Part shown: positions 12,751 through 25,092 of the stretch, one piece after another
How positions within the stretch are numbered: the first letter of the stretch is position 1
Layout of the letters: every line of letters begins with the position of its first letter
Assembly: GCF_018977255.1 (NCBI RefSeq)
Contig: NW_024704742.1
Location: 68,760,001-68,824,000, forward strand
Direction: 5' to 3'
Origin: Callorhinchus milii
Lineage: Eukaryota
DNA: 64,000 bases
Notes under the pieces: model-generated
Database searches by the model: none
The model's input: only the letters and a program-made list of their open reading frames with translations
Told to the model about the DNA's origin: nothing
Program-made: the position numbers and the translations under genes

Positions 12751-12866
12751 CTTTTGTTGGTATCATGTGTTACTAACACTCCTGTTTCAAAAAATACTGT
12801 AGTTTGACATGATAGTTATCATTATCACCGAACAGAAGTTCTTGAAAGGTTTGAGATTAACCTCAC

Positions 12867-13240
12867 GACAACAACAACAACAACAACAAAAACAACAAAT
12901 TACATTTGTAAAATGTCTTTCACGTCATGAGGCTATCATTAGGGATTTGGTCCCAAGCAGAGGGTTGGGATCAGCAGTGGTGGAGGGCAGGGAGGGTAGG
13001 AGTATGAGCGTGACCAAAGACGTGGTTGAAGAGGAAAATCTTGAGATGGGCTTTGAAGGAAGCAAGGGAGGGAGTGAGATGAAGGGAATGTGAGATGGAT
13101 TTCCAAAGGGTGAGGGCAGAGAAGCTGAAGGCCCGACTGCCGATGGTGGGGCAGGTTTGGCGGGGGACATGGAGCAGGCTGGAGCCTGCTGAGCAGAAGA
13201 AGCGAACAGGTCGATATGGAGTTAGCTAGTCACAGAGACG
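12867..13240 (-). mobile_element. L2 LINE 3' fragment (older)
   Basis: (CAA)n tail at 12868-12898 and diverged similarity to 11500-11880. Confidence 0.75.
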
Positions 13241-13631
13241 AGGATATATATCAAGATAAAGGTTTGTCTCAAACCTGTAGAAGATTCAATGTCTTTCTGT
13301 GAGCGAGAAGGGCATTTAATACCTGTGTTTCAACATTGCCTTGCCACCAAACATATTAATCTCTGTGTCTTTGTGCCAAGTCTTTTTAGCAGGATTGTTT
13401 TTTGATCTAAATATAGTAGTATGAGGACCCAGGATCAAGCATTTTTGTGACTCATCACCCTGGCAGTTGGCTTGGTTTTTCCTTCTTGTTTCTGATCAGA
13501 GATGTGTTGGCAGTCCATTTAGACTCACAAATTGAATAGCAATTAACACTGAATGTGTACTCTGTGTAGAGATGCCACTTATATGCTAATTATTGGAATG
13601 AGCTTCAACCCAGAACCATAGAAAGTGACCT

Positions 13632-14226
13632 TAGAATGACCCCAGGGCTTAAAGGGTTAAATTATGAGGTCCGGTTGCATAAAGTTGGTCTCTATTCCCT
13701 TGAGTTTAGAAGGTTAAGGGGTGATCTGATTCAGATATTTAAAATAATAAAGGAATTTGATAGGGTAGATACAGAGAAACTATTTCCTCTGGTGGGGAAA
13801 TCCAGAACAAGGGGGCATAATCTTAAAATTAGAGCTCGGCCATTTAGGAGTGAAATCAGGAAGCATTTTTTCCAACAAAGGTTAGTGGAAAACTCTCAAC
13901 CCAAATGGCTGTAGATGCTAGATCATTTAAAATTTTCAAAGACTAAGATGGATAGATATTTATTAGGTAAGGATATCAAGGGATATAAGGGAGAGTAATT
14001 GGAGTTGAGTTACAGATCAGCCATGATCTTATATAGAATAATAGATAATAATAATCCTTGCATTTGATATAGCGCCTTATCATTTCTTCAAGACATTTCA
14101 AAGCGTTTCACAGAATATACTGTAAATATTTTTGGGCCGAAATGTGGCAGCCAATTGCACACAGCAGTGCCCCACAAACGGTTGTGGATTGAGTTACCAG
14201 AGTGGCCTACTCCTGTTCCTATGTTA
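13632..14226 (+). mobile_element. CR1 LINE 3' fragment, with a SINE tail (-) inserted at ~14040-14200
   Basis: ORF 13636-13914: PGLKGLNYEVRLHKVGLYSLEFRRLRGDLIQIFKII...RTRGHNLKI; CR1 terminus tggcctactcctgttcctatgtt at 14203-14226. Confidence 0.9.
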
Positions 14227-14364
14227 CAGCACAGAAGAAGGTAATTCGGCCCATTGTGTCTATTCTGTTTTTTTTAAAGAGCAATCCTTTCAGTTCCATT
14301 TACTTGCCCTTTCCCATAAACCCTATAGTTTACTCCTTTTTAGATCTTGCACTGAGCTCTGGGA

Positions 14365-14665
14365 TCATCACCTCATCCTCACCTGGCTCCACTGGCTCCC
14401 CATCACCCATCGAATCAAGGTTAAGCTCCTCGTACTAACCTTTAAATCCCCCATGGTCTTGCCCCACACTACCTTGATGACCTCCTCAAAACCTACAGAC
14501 TCACCTGCTCCCTCTCCTCAGCGGGCTTCACGTGCCCCACCACACCCGCCCTACCATTGCCAGTCTGGCTTTCAGCCTCTCTGCCATCACTCTCTGAATC
14601 TCCATCCAGGAATCCCTTCAACTCTTCCCATCTCGCAAGATTTCCTCTTTGACCACACTTGTCAA
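14365..14665 (+). mobile_element. L2 LINE 3' fragment
   Basis: HHLILTWLHWLPITHRIKVKLLVLTFKS in ORF 14132-14677. Confidence 0.8.
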
Positions 14666-14794
14666 CCAAGACTGTGAATTGAAAGTCCTGACGCAAGCCT
14701 TGAAACTGCTACCTTCTTATGCAACATACAAATTCCAGTTAAAAATCGAAGTAGGATTCAAATGCTAGAAACCTCTCATTGTATCTATCTTACT

Positions 14795-15228
14795 ATCATG
14801 AAGTCCCATAGCATAGTGATTAGCACACTCGCCTCAATTCCCCAGGCGGGCGAAACCTTAGGCAAATTTCCTTGCTCGACACAACTCTGTTTACCTAGTA
14901 GTAAGTAGGAACTCGATTGATGGATTGCTTTCAGTAATAATCCTTCCCCAAAAATAAATAAATGAAGGTGGTCAACAACAATAACTTCCATTTATATAGC
15001 GCCCTTCATGCGGGGTAGCGCCCTGGAGCGCATCATAGTGACGGAGTCTGACTTCAGTCACTCACTTCATGACTGTTTGTGGAACGCTTCTGTGTGCAAT
15101 TGGCTGCTGTGTTTGCCCACAAAATACACAGTCAATCCACTTAGACAATATATTCTGTGAAGCGCTTTGACACGTCTCAACTATGTGATAAGGCGCTATA
15201 TCAAATGCCAGGATTATTATTATTGTTA
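14795..15228 (+). mobile_element. tRNA-derived SINE, long subfamily, with a short antisense L2-like tail inserted at ~14973-15050
   Basis: gtcccatagcatagtgattagcacactcgcctc head, accttaggcaaatttcc body, ggcgctatatcaaatgccaggattattatt tail. Confidence 0.85.
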
Positions 15229-15417
15229 TTTTAGCCACACACCCGTTGTCTTAAAATGTAAGAATGTTGGAATTTTAAAAAATCTTAAACATTGTTCCCA
15301 CAATAAACTACGGAAAAAAAAACTTACAAGCTTACAAATTTAAGAAATGTTCAAATTTCTGCAAAATCTTAAATATTAAGACACTGATCTTAAAACAAAT
15401 GGAAACCACACATATAC

Positions 15418-15872
15418 AGAACTCTCAGTCTGGGTTGGATACTATTAAGCATGATATTGGAGTTTCCACATGTGTCAGACACCCGTTGAACAAAAAAATC
15501 TTGAGACAAAAATTTCAGACCTCAAAGAATAATTGTGTGCAAGATGTACTGGAAGCAGGGATTCTTCCTACTTCTTAATCTGGACAAGCCAAATGCACAA
15601 TGGGTAAATTAATCCGAGCTGGTCAATCAGCAGAAAGCTTGCCAGACAGTTCTCCAAAATGCAAGTTCTGCAGATTCAGCTAGTTCAACTCTAGCAGTTA
15701 TCCCCAATGCCCATTCTGGGGTCCCCAAGCCTTGTTTCTCGCCAACATCTGCCTAATAGTCTTAAAAATTAGATAAACAGGTGCAGCCGTCCGGGGAGTA
15801 TGTGCACATTTCATTGCAGACACGGGAGTTTTCAGGGGGCATACATACCTGGAACTCTCAGTTTGGTTTGGA
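15418..15872 (+). repeat. Unclassified repeat 'X' (3' terminus at 15418-15498, then a longer body fragment at 15550-15872)
   Basis: Aligns with 22430-22738, 50125-50362 and 53170-53480 (ggggtccccaagccttg; ggaactctcagtttggtttgga; gtcagacacccgttgaacaaaaaaa). Confidence 0.75.
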
Positions 15873-17236
15873 AAAAAAAATCTAATCTTTCAAACACAAA
15901 TTAGATTAGGAAAAAACATTACCGGATACAGTACATAGGTAGGTTGAGACATATGTGTATGCGACCACCAGGAAGGTGGAAGACAAACTAGATGGATCTT
16001 GGTCTTTTTTCGTCAAGCATTTCTTATGTTCTTATGGATCCTCTGAAGCACGATGATGGGTTTCTGTACCCAGCTGACCAAAGGAAAAAGCGAGACATGT
16101 GTGCTGGTTTAGAATAGCAAAGGCTGTCAAGTTTCCCCAATGGTAGACACACTGGCAGATGCAGTTCAATCCATACTGACTGGAGGAATCACAGTCAAAA
16201 TGTACTGAGTTAGCTGATTTCACGGGGTAGCAGTTTGGACTGTAATTGGCCTCAGTGGACCTGAGCTAGGGAGGGGAACATCAGCTAGGTCTTGCTCTTG
16301 ATTATTAATTATCCAAAGACTAGATCTGGAAGGTGTGTCTGTGAATGTGTATGTGAGTGTATGTGTGCGTGGATGACAGGTGAGGACAGTTTAGGGTCAG
16401 CTGATGTTTTACAACTTCCTAAATTCAGCTTTAATTATTCAGAGAGCAAATGTTCTGTCGTTCTTAAACACAGCCTTCTCCTAAATCAAGACTGAACCTC
16501 TGTGGTCTCACTGGATGGATTATTGGCGCAATTTACTTTACTCGCTCTATAATTATAATAATATTTACATTTGATACAGTATCTTTCACATCAGGAGGAT
16601 GCCTCAAAGCTCTTCACAGACTGTGAAGTGTTATGGCTGTGTTTTGTAGGTGAAATCAGCAGCCAATTTGCATGCAGCAGTGTCCCACAAATGGCCATGA
16701 AGTGAATGGCCAATTTTATTTGGGCGATTCTTTCCCAGGACACTGGGAGAAACTCTGTTCTTTGCCTCAATCCATCTACCTTGCCCCCTCCTTGTCTGTC
16801 TCCAGATCATACCTGAAGACCTTTCTCTTTGACCGTGGCCATAGTCATCTCCCATCTCTCCCTAGTTCAGGATCAAGCTCCGCCACTGTTAAGTTCTCCG
16901 AGACACTACTTAGCGTGAAGGGCGCTGTATAAATGCAACTTGTCTAACTTTCCAGCACCTTACAACATCCTCTTGACGTGAAAGGCGCTATACAAATGTA
17001 ATTTTATTGTTGTCCTCGTATTTTACGGGATCAATTGATTTATATGCATGACTAGCATGAAATACTTGCAATTAAGTCTTAATCAGTGGGTCTTATCTCA
17101 TTCCTACATAAAAGTGAGTCACATTCCCAAAGAGAGATGGGAGACTGTGCCTCTGAACACATACTGCATAAGCATCGCCCGTTAATCCTTCCCTCACTTT
17201 CTGCTGGCAATGAGCTTCTTTATTCTACTACTACAT

Positions 17237-17558
17237 GGAGTCCTGTAGCTCAGTGGTTAGAGCACTCGCTTTGCAAGCAAGAGACCTAAGTTCAATTCCA
17301 GGCAGAGGGCGAAACCTTGGGCAAGTTTCCTTACTCCACACAGAGCCTAATAATAATCCCTCCAAAACCAAAAACAATAATAAATTGGTCATTTTCAATC
17401 TACGACTGTTTGTGGGACATTGCTGAGCGCAATTGGCTGCCGCGTTCGCCCACAAATATACAGTCAATTCACTTTACAGTGTGTTTTGTGAAGCGCTTTG
17501 GGAGGTCCTCCCGAAGTGAAAAGTGCTATATCAAATGCAAGGATTATTATTATTATTA
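17237..17558 (+). mobile_element. Full-length tRNA-derived SINE, short subfamily (duplicate at ~31452-31771)
   Basis: GGAGTCCTGTAGCTCAGTGGTTAGAGCACTCGCTTTGCAAGCAAGAGACCTAAGTTCAATTCC head, CORE-like CCTTGGGCAAGTT, L2-like tail ending in an (ATT)n run. Confidence 0.93.
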
Positions 17559-17719
17559 TATATGAAAAATATTATTATAACGCTTGTAATTTAATACAGA
17601 GCCTATAACATCAAAACACTTATAGAAAGGTTAGTGACTGTGCATTTGTAGAAAAATGCAGTGGCCAATTTGCACACAGTAAGTTCCCACAAACATTCAG
17701 TGATCAACTTTTTTCTTTC

Positions 17720-17970
17720 AATTGGAAGCTACGTGGTTTTAGCTGGTTGAACTCCAGCAGTTTCCCCAATGCACACTGGGGTCCCCAAGCCTTGGCAATC
17801 TGCACCTAATACTCTCTGGGATTAGGTAAACAGGATGCACTCCTCAAGGGAGAGGGTGCACCTTCTATTCCAGCACAGGAATTTTCATGTGTAGGTGGGA
17901 TGCATGGAATTATCAATCTGGTTTGGATACACTTAAGCGTGGTGATGGGTTTCCACATGCTTCCACCAAA
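17720..17970 (+). repeat. Unclassified repeat 'X' fragment
   Basis: actccagcag...ggggtccccaagccttgg...tgtgtaggtgggatgcatggaatt...ggtttggatacacttaagcgtggtgatgggtttcc, collinear with 53235-53445. Confidence 0.8.
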
Positions 17971-19821
17971 AGAAATGACCAATAGATAGCACCTCCAACA
18001 ATGCGCACTTCCCTAGTGCTACACTGAAGTGCTGGCTTAGACAAAACTAAATTCTAACACAGGTGTTGAGTCTACTTTTATCTGTCTTATATCTGGCTAC
18101 ACTTCAGTATGGTGCTGGGGGAACACTACCTTGTCAGAAGTTCTGTCCTTTGGAAGAGATGTTCAACTGAGGCCCTGTCTGGAGGGTATAAAAAAGATTT
18201 CATACCACTATTCACAAAAAGAAGGTAGTTTTTCCTGGTGTCCTGGCCAACAATAACCCACGTATAAATTGGTCATTCACTTCATTGCTGTGCACAATTG
18301 GTTGCCAGAATTGCCTCCAAAATACAGTCACTACACTTTACAGTAAATCATTTGAGACATCTTGTCGACAAGCTTAAACAACAACTTACATTTATATAAC
18401 ACCCTTCATGTGGGCAAGCATCTCAGAGCACTTAACAGTGGCAGAACCTGACGCCAAGCCAGGGGAGGGAGGAGGTGACCGAGCGGAGACAGCGGGTAGT
18501 GGGGAGTAAGGTTGGAAAGGTAGGGAGTTGCCAGGGTTTGAAGGGATTTACAGACGATTTTACAGATGACACGATATCAAAAGCAAGGATTATTATATGT
18601 ATTAAAGGCAAGAGTGCTGCCCACAGACCAAACCTGACACATGATTGAAAGACAAGCAAAGAGTTAAATGTAAAAGTCAACTGGAAAGTATTTGAAGAGA
18701 AGGATTATATCAGTGTGTGGGAAAGAGCAGAGAATTGGGATTAAATCGGATGATATCAGTGGGGGAGCGCAGTTATGCTGAGCCCAATGGGCTCCGGCTG
18801 GGCTGTGCTTGCTGTGGTTCTATGAATATCTCACGTTTTACTCAGTCTGAGGGAAGTCTGCCTTGTCTGGTCTTTTCAGGTCTCTCGGCAGCTTGATGGC
18901 ATGAAATGTTTCCCATACCTAACCAGCTTTTATTTTTTAAAAGAAATCATTCCAAAAGCCCAAATTGTATAGTAGCTTCAATTCTAATCAGAGAACAGTA
19001 TTAAATTTAGATTGCCTTTCAATCCAGGCTGAGTGAGTGACTTGGCTTCCTAATGCCATCCGCAACAGAAGTGCTTCCAGTTCCAAACACAGTATTAAAC
19101 CCGTTTCGAAACAGCTGTTGCTTCTGTAGGCTTTTTGGTAATCATCCCACTTAATTGGCTATGAAGAATTCAAAATAGATTTCAAAGAAGATGCAAACAG
19201 GATCTTTGACACTTCAAAAGTTTCTCTCCCCCCCCGAATAAGTGACTGATGACTCTTAATGCGCTGTTAGAGTTAATTCCTTTCACTTCTGTGTCACTGC
19301 AGAGGTCTTTGTTTCCTGTTTGTGCTCAATCAAAGGAGAACTTTACATTTATAGCACCTTACATGGTGACATGTCTCAAAGCTCCAATGTAGTTAAGAGG
19401 AATCTTGATAGATACAGGAGGGAGCAGGGAGTAAAGGGGTATTGAGAGGGGAGTAGGAGATGTGGAGGCTTGTCTGGATTATAAACATTGGCACAGACTG
19501 GTTGGTCTGTTTCTGTGCATTATCATTCAATGGGATTATTGCCAGTCTCATTGAATGATAACCCTGTGTGCTGAACTAACCAACTCTTCCTTCCACAATC
19601 TGCTAATTATTCAGAACTCTGCAGCTCATGTCCTCTCCCACACCAGGCTCCGTGAGCCGATCACCTCCAGAGGATCAAGTTGAAGATCCTGTTCCTCACC
19701 TTTAAAGCTGGTGGATGGAAGGAAAGCAAGGAAGACCTTTACTTTGAAGGGGGCTGAGGGGGAAGGTAAAGGAATGCACGGAGCCAAAGGAAAACCCTGA
19801 CTTGAACTGTTTGTTTTTCAG

Positions 19822-19956
19822 TGTCCCGATTCGGCTTGCAAGCAGGATTTGCTGGCGTACTTGCAACGCATCGCACTCTACTGTCACCAGCTCAACATCT
19901 GCAGCAAAGTCAAAGCAGAGGTCCAGAACCTGGGTGGAGAGCTGATTGTGTCTGGG
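19822..19956 (+). CDS. ctnna2: Catenin alpha-2 internal exon (135 nt, phase 0-0), vinculin-homology/actin-binding domain, copy 1
   Basis: Acceptor tgtttgtttttcAG, donor GTaagc; translates CPDSACKQDLLAYLQRIALYCHQLNICSKVKAEVQNLGGELIVSG, matching alpha-catenin (LIVSG is the CTNNA2 form) and splicing in frame to 45987. Confidence 0.96.
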
Positions 19957-20021
19957 GTAAGCAGCACAAGGAAATTCTTATTGCTCTCCAGCTTAATTCT
20001 GACAAGATGGCTAAAAAATAT

Positions 20022-20422
20022 GGAGTCCTTTAGCACAGGGGTTAGAGCACTCACCTCATAAGCGAGATGACCTAGGTTCTCTTCCTGGGTAGGGCAAAAC
20101 CTTGGGCAAGTTTTCTTACTCCACACGCCTGTTTACCTAGCAGTAAGTAGGAATCTGGTGGTGAGTCGATTGGTGGATAGCTTTTCCAAGGGTAACAGTC
20201 TTCCAAAAAAAATGTAAAAAAATAATAAATTGGTCAATCAATCCACAACTGTTTGTGGGATACTGCTGTGCACAATTGGCTGCTGCGTTCACCCGCAAAT
20301 ATACAGTTACTACATTTTACAGTATATTCTGTATACTGTATTCTGTGCTCAAAGAAGCACTTTGAGACATCTCAACTATATAATAAGGCGCTATATCAAA
20401 TGCAAGGATTATTATTGTTATT
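20022..20422 (+). mobile_element. tRNA-derived SINE, long subfamily, ~65 bp downstream of the exon donor
   Basis: ggagtcctttagcacaggggttagagcactcacctc head, aaaccttgggcaagtt, cctgtttacctagcagtaagtaggaa, tail ggcgctatatcaaatgcaaggattattatt. Confidence 0.9.
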
Positions 20423-20958
20423 AAATTTACTCTCAATTTAGAGGCTGGGTTTCACTCCAAATTTGAACCCTTAAACGTTAAGGCTAATACTGAGGTCTAA
20501 AGGGCATGAAATGTTTAAACGATAACACTGTCTCTCTCCCTCTCTCTCTCTTCCCCCCTGCCCCACTCCCTCGCCCCACCACCAGATCTTTCTAGTCATA
20601 GCACACTTCTCTAAGGCACATCTGCGAGAGATTAAAAAAAATTGTCTAACAAAGCCAGTGACCTCATTAAAATGTGCTCGAGGAATGTTAAATCGGAGAA
20701 AGTGAGATTATGTCATATTTCACACTTGTCTGGATTTTATGTCTGAGCCGCACCAGGTTTTCCAGTGATGGATGTGTCAGACTTGCCATAGCTCAATTGT
20801 GACGCAATGTAAAGGCATGCGATCTCAATCCCTCTTACCAATAAAGGACAAGAGAACATTAATTACAGGAGCGGAGGCTGGATGTGAACTGTGATGGTGT
20901 TGATAGCACCTTGACTGAGAGCTGAAGAGCTGGTCTTTTACTGATCCATTAGCAGAGT

Positions 20959-21273
20959 AGAGTCCTGTAGCGTAGTGGTTAGAGCATTTGTTAGAGTGAG
21001 AGGACTCGCTTACCTCTTTTTACCTAACAGTCAGTAGGAACCCAGTTGTTAGTCGATTGGCGGAACGCTTCCTGGGGTAATAATCCCTCCAAAAATTATG
21101 GTCACTCGCTCAATCCACCCTGTTTATGGGACACTGCTCTTCCCAATTGGCTGCTGTGCCTCTGCTCTCAAAACACACAATCACACAAAACACACACACT
21201 TTACAATATGAAGCGCTTCAAGTCAGTTCAACGATGTGACAAGGGCTATATTAAATGCAAGGATTAGTATTAT
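20959..21273 (+). mobile_element. tRNA-derived SINE, long subfamily, internally deleted
   Basis: gagtcctgtagcgtagtggttagagca head and aaatgcaaggattagtatt tail. Confidence 0.8.
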
Positions 21274-22429
21274 AACATGGGGCCTTCAGTGTGTGTGTTT
21301 GTGTGTATTTTTAAAAGTGCCTCCTGTTCACACCAACAGTGACACTGTGAAGCCCTCGCTTACTTTCTTCCTGATCTGTGAGACTTCAGTGTCGTTGCCT
21401 GGATATCACACAGAACCATTGGATTTTACAGAACAGCACAGGAGGAGGCCATACACCCCATTGTGCCTGCACTAGCAGCTCTCTGAAAGTCATCCCACTT
21501 CGCTGCCCTTTCCTCACACTCATTCACTTATTTCTGGAGGGTTCAAGCCCCATTTCCTGACTTTCACAGCCTAGGTTGACGTTACTACAGTGTTGGGAGT
21601 GTGCTGCATTGTTGGAGGTGACATCTTTTGGATGAGACGTTAAACCAAGGACCCGTCTGCCTGTTCATGTAGATGTTAAAGATCCCATGACATATTTGAA
21701 AAGAGAAGCAAGTTTCTTCCGGTGTCCTGGCCATCAATCCCCCAAATAAAATTGATCATTCACTGGGACATTGCAGTGTCCTAAAAATAACAATAATAAT
21801 CCTTCCAGTTGATATAGCACCTTATCACATTGTTGAGATTTCTCAAAGCACTCACATTGGAAATTAAACCCAGGTCCATTCACTTGCGAGGAGAGCGAAC
21901 TAAGTACTCCGCAAATACATGGCCTACACCACACTTCACAGTAAAATCCTGTGAAGTGCTTTGAGACGTCTCAATGATGTGATAATATGTCTTTAATTCC
22001 CTTTTCAAAGCTATTATGGATTCTGCTTCTACCACTGTGTTTGGTAGTGTATGCCCTAGTAAGGCTCTATAGTATGCATAAAATAATTCTCCTAAACAAT
22101 CTTCTCTTTGGTAATGTTTTTAAATTGATGCCCTAATGCTATTCTAACAAACCTTGGTGTAAAAATATATAACGCATCTCTTTTCTCCTGATGATTATCC
22201 TCAATTTATACCTTGCTGTTGCTCATTCACCGAACAGTGGAAACCTTTCTCTAGTTATCCTGTCAAAACTATTCATGAATTTGATTGTCTGGCAGATTCC
22301 CTTCTAACCATCTCTGTTCCAGTGAAAACTGTTCCAACTTTTCAAGACTCTTAAATGGAACAAAAACCTGTCACCTCTTGTATCATCTCAGTAAATCTCC
22401 CTATGGCTGTGGTATGAGCTCTCATGAGG

Positions 22430-22740
22430 TGGCCAGCAAAAGGTAGGGCTGGACAAGCAGCAGGAAGCTTGCCAGTCAGTGCTCTCAATGGCAAGTTGTA
22501 TAGTTAACCCTTATTAGTTGCCCCAACACACACTGGTGTCCTTGCTCTTGCTAACCTGAACCCCGGAATTAGGAGAGCATGTCGAGTCCCTATGAGAAGA
22601 GAGAATTTGCATTCCATTCCAGACACAAGGAAATTTCCAATGTGTAGGTGGCATGATGCATGGAACTCTCAGTCTAGTTTGGGTACTCTTAAGCAAGGTG
22701 ATGGGTTTCCAAATGTATCAGACACCCGGCTGAACAAATA
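22430..22740 (+). repeat. Unclassified repeat 'X' including 3' terminus
   Basis: gctggacaagcagcaggaagcttgcc...gctctcaatggcaag...tcagacacccggctgaacaaataa. Confidence 0.8.
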
Positions 22741-23939
22741 ATCAACTATGACTCAGGTGCGCTTTCCATAGTGAGAATTTAACAGTAACCTTGCATAAAA
22801 TTGAGTCAACGTCTTTATAAGTTGCATTAAATTAATATTCCACAAACTGGCACAGAACTGCTGGCAATCCATTGTCCACAGAGATCACCCATCAGCTCAG
22901 TAACTGAGACAAGAGACCTTGGGTGCAATAAATTAGTATCATTATATTGGATATTGCGCCTTTCACATCAGGAGGACGTCTCAAAGCCCTTCACAGGATT
23001 TACTGTAAAGTATAGTGACTATCTTTTTAGACAAACAAAGGAGCCTATATGTGCATGTGAGAAGCCATGGAGTGACCAATTTTATTTGGGGAATTCGAGA
23101 AACTTGTTTCTCATTTTGAATAGTGCCATGGGATCTTTAACATCCACCTTAATGGCCACAGAGAGGACCTCAGCTTAACATCCCATCAAAAGACAATATT
23201 GCTCTGCCCTGAATATTGATTTCAACACTCGTTTAACAATTATAAGTTTGCGATTTTAATTGGTAAAAATTGTTACTTTTTTTGACATTTTATAAAGCAT
23301 GGGCGATCTCTGGATCGTAAGGTTACTACTCATGTCACTTTCTCCACCTGCAGCTTTGATCACATCACCTCCTGTGTTAAATATGCATTTTTAAAAATCC
23401 CCCCCAATCAAAGGTAAAATAAATGTCGATATTATCCATCAAAACTAAAAAAACAAAAAACAGAAACACTTATGATTAACTACCGAAAGGCAACATAGCA
23501 CACTGTCACCCATCAGTAAAGGGAAACAGATATCTTTCTATAGATGGTCTGACTTATCAGCACTCTTGTCACCTTCTCACTCATCATGGCAGCGATCTCC
23601 TTCACTCCTCAGAGTTCTATAGATTTTCCTCTCAAATCCCTTGATGGCATCTGATTGACTGTGATTCACTCTAACACTTTATTATTCCCTCTGACAGGCT
23701 CCGATTCACTTGGCTATGCTTCAGTTCATCTCTCATTCTATCTTGCAGTCTACAATTCACACCAAAAAAGTGATTAATTCACTTCACTGCTGTTCTGGTG
23801 CTCGCTGAATGCCTGGAATTGATTTACAACAAATGATAATTAAGGAAGAAGGGAAAAAAATAAATGCTCTGTAGAGAGCCTCCCACTGGCCAAGTGTGTA
23901 ATTAACACCATTTGGTGTCTTATTAAAATACTATCTGCC

Positions 23940-24235
23940 GGCCTGGCTCAAGAGGTGTCACTTTTGCTTCTGAGTCAGATACTTGTAGGTTCAAGCCCTA
24001 CATCAGGACTTTGAACTCATAGTCTTGGCTGACACTCCAATGTAGTACTTGGGATGTGCTGCATTGTTAATGGTGCCATCCTTTGGGTGAGACTTTGACC
24101 TATGATCCTTGTCTGCCTATTCAGGTGGATGTTAAAGATACCATTAAAAATACCATGGCTCTTCTATTCAAAAAGCGAAGGAGGTTTCTCCCAGTGTACT
24201 GGCCAACAATCACCCAGATAAACAAATGAACATTT
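23940..24235 (+). mobile_element. Deu-domain SINE
   Basis: gcctggctcaag...cttctgagtcagatacttgtaggttcaagccc head; caggtggatgttaaagat and gtgtactggccaacaatc motifs. Confidence 0.8.
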
Positions 24236-24949
24236 ATGTGCATAGATTGGCAGTCATGTTTGCCCACCTTCAAATCATACCAGAAGACTTTCTTCTTCAA
24301 CCTTGAGTTCAGTCACCTCCCCTTTCTTTCTAGCTCGGTGGCAAACCACACCACTGTTAAGCACTGTGTGAAGTGCTTGCGTGAAGGGTCCTGTATAAAT
24401 GCGAGTTGTTGTTGTTAAGAGGTGCAAAAATGGAGAAGGATCGTGCCCGCAGACTATGCCATGCGGACAGGAGGAATGCCCCTCTCGTCTGCCTCGGTTT
24501 ATAGTTCCTTTTTCATCAGCTCCCACTGTTAAGATTCACACAACTTTAAACAAATCCCTTTTCATGTTTCTCCTAACACGGCGCCTCCTGGGAGCCTATT
24601 AAACTATCAAAATGTCATGTCTCTCTTGTGAAAGAGCTAGCCAGAGCCACATGAAGCACTTTTCATTCTCAGAAGGACAACATTGGAGTTGCTCTTTTCT
24701 TCATTCTCCTGCAACTTGTGACTTACTGTACCTTCATACAAATGCATAATGTGTAAATCAGCGATACTACAGACTGATCATTGCCTTTCCCCACCTACGT
24801 TTGTCATATTGATGGGCGAACACACATTATTCCTTTCAGCCAGTCAAGGTCAGGTTGCTTGTAGGGAGGTCTTTGCTCGACAAGACAAAACTGTTTTAAT
24901 CAAAGTGACCTCCTCCCCCGACCCCACCTCCGTGCTCTCTTTCTTCAAT

Positions 24950-25092
24950 TTTGGTCAGCCTGATGTCATATGCAGAAACCCATCATCATGCTTAAGAGTA
25001 TCCAAATCAAACAGAATTCCATGCATCTCAGATGTACATTGGAAATCCCAGAAGTAGATTGTTGGAGTGGAATGTGCACTCTCTCCCTGTAG
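24950..25092 (-). repeat. Unclassified repeat 'X' 3' fragment
   Basis: Reverse complement of 53325-53470 (aaacccatcatcatgcttaagagtatccaaatcaaac). Confidence 0.8.

Noticed and set aside
16140..16400. Possible additional ancient SINE-like remnant (gttcaatcc...tgagttagctgat...aattggcctcagtg...ctagggagggg)
   Set aside because: Looks repeat-like from memory but has no independent second copy in the window, so I cannot support a family call.
17237..17312. tRNA-Ala(TGC)-like gene (also 5275-5347 and other SINE heads)
   Set aside because: Acceptor and T stems are imperfect and each head runs directly into SINE body and tail; these are SINE heads, not tRNA genes.
1..19821. Preceding ctnna2 exon (GKGPLKNTSDV...ADQ) or a nested LRRTM gene
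   Set aside because: No matching translation found; the upstream exon presumably lies before the window, and nested LRRTM genes sit in a much more 5' intron.
20869..20925. ERRLDVNCDGVDSTLTES after ttacAG, faintly like EVDCDVID of the mammalian 48-aa alternative exon
   Set aside because: Only 4 of 8 identities, poor polypyrimidine tract, in-frame TGA at 20923 and no similarity on either side; most likely chance.
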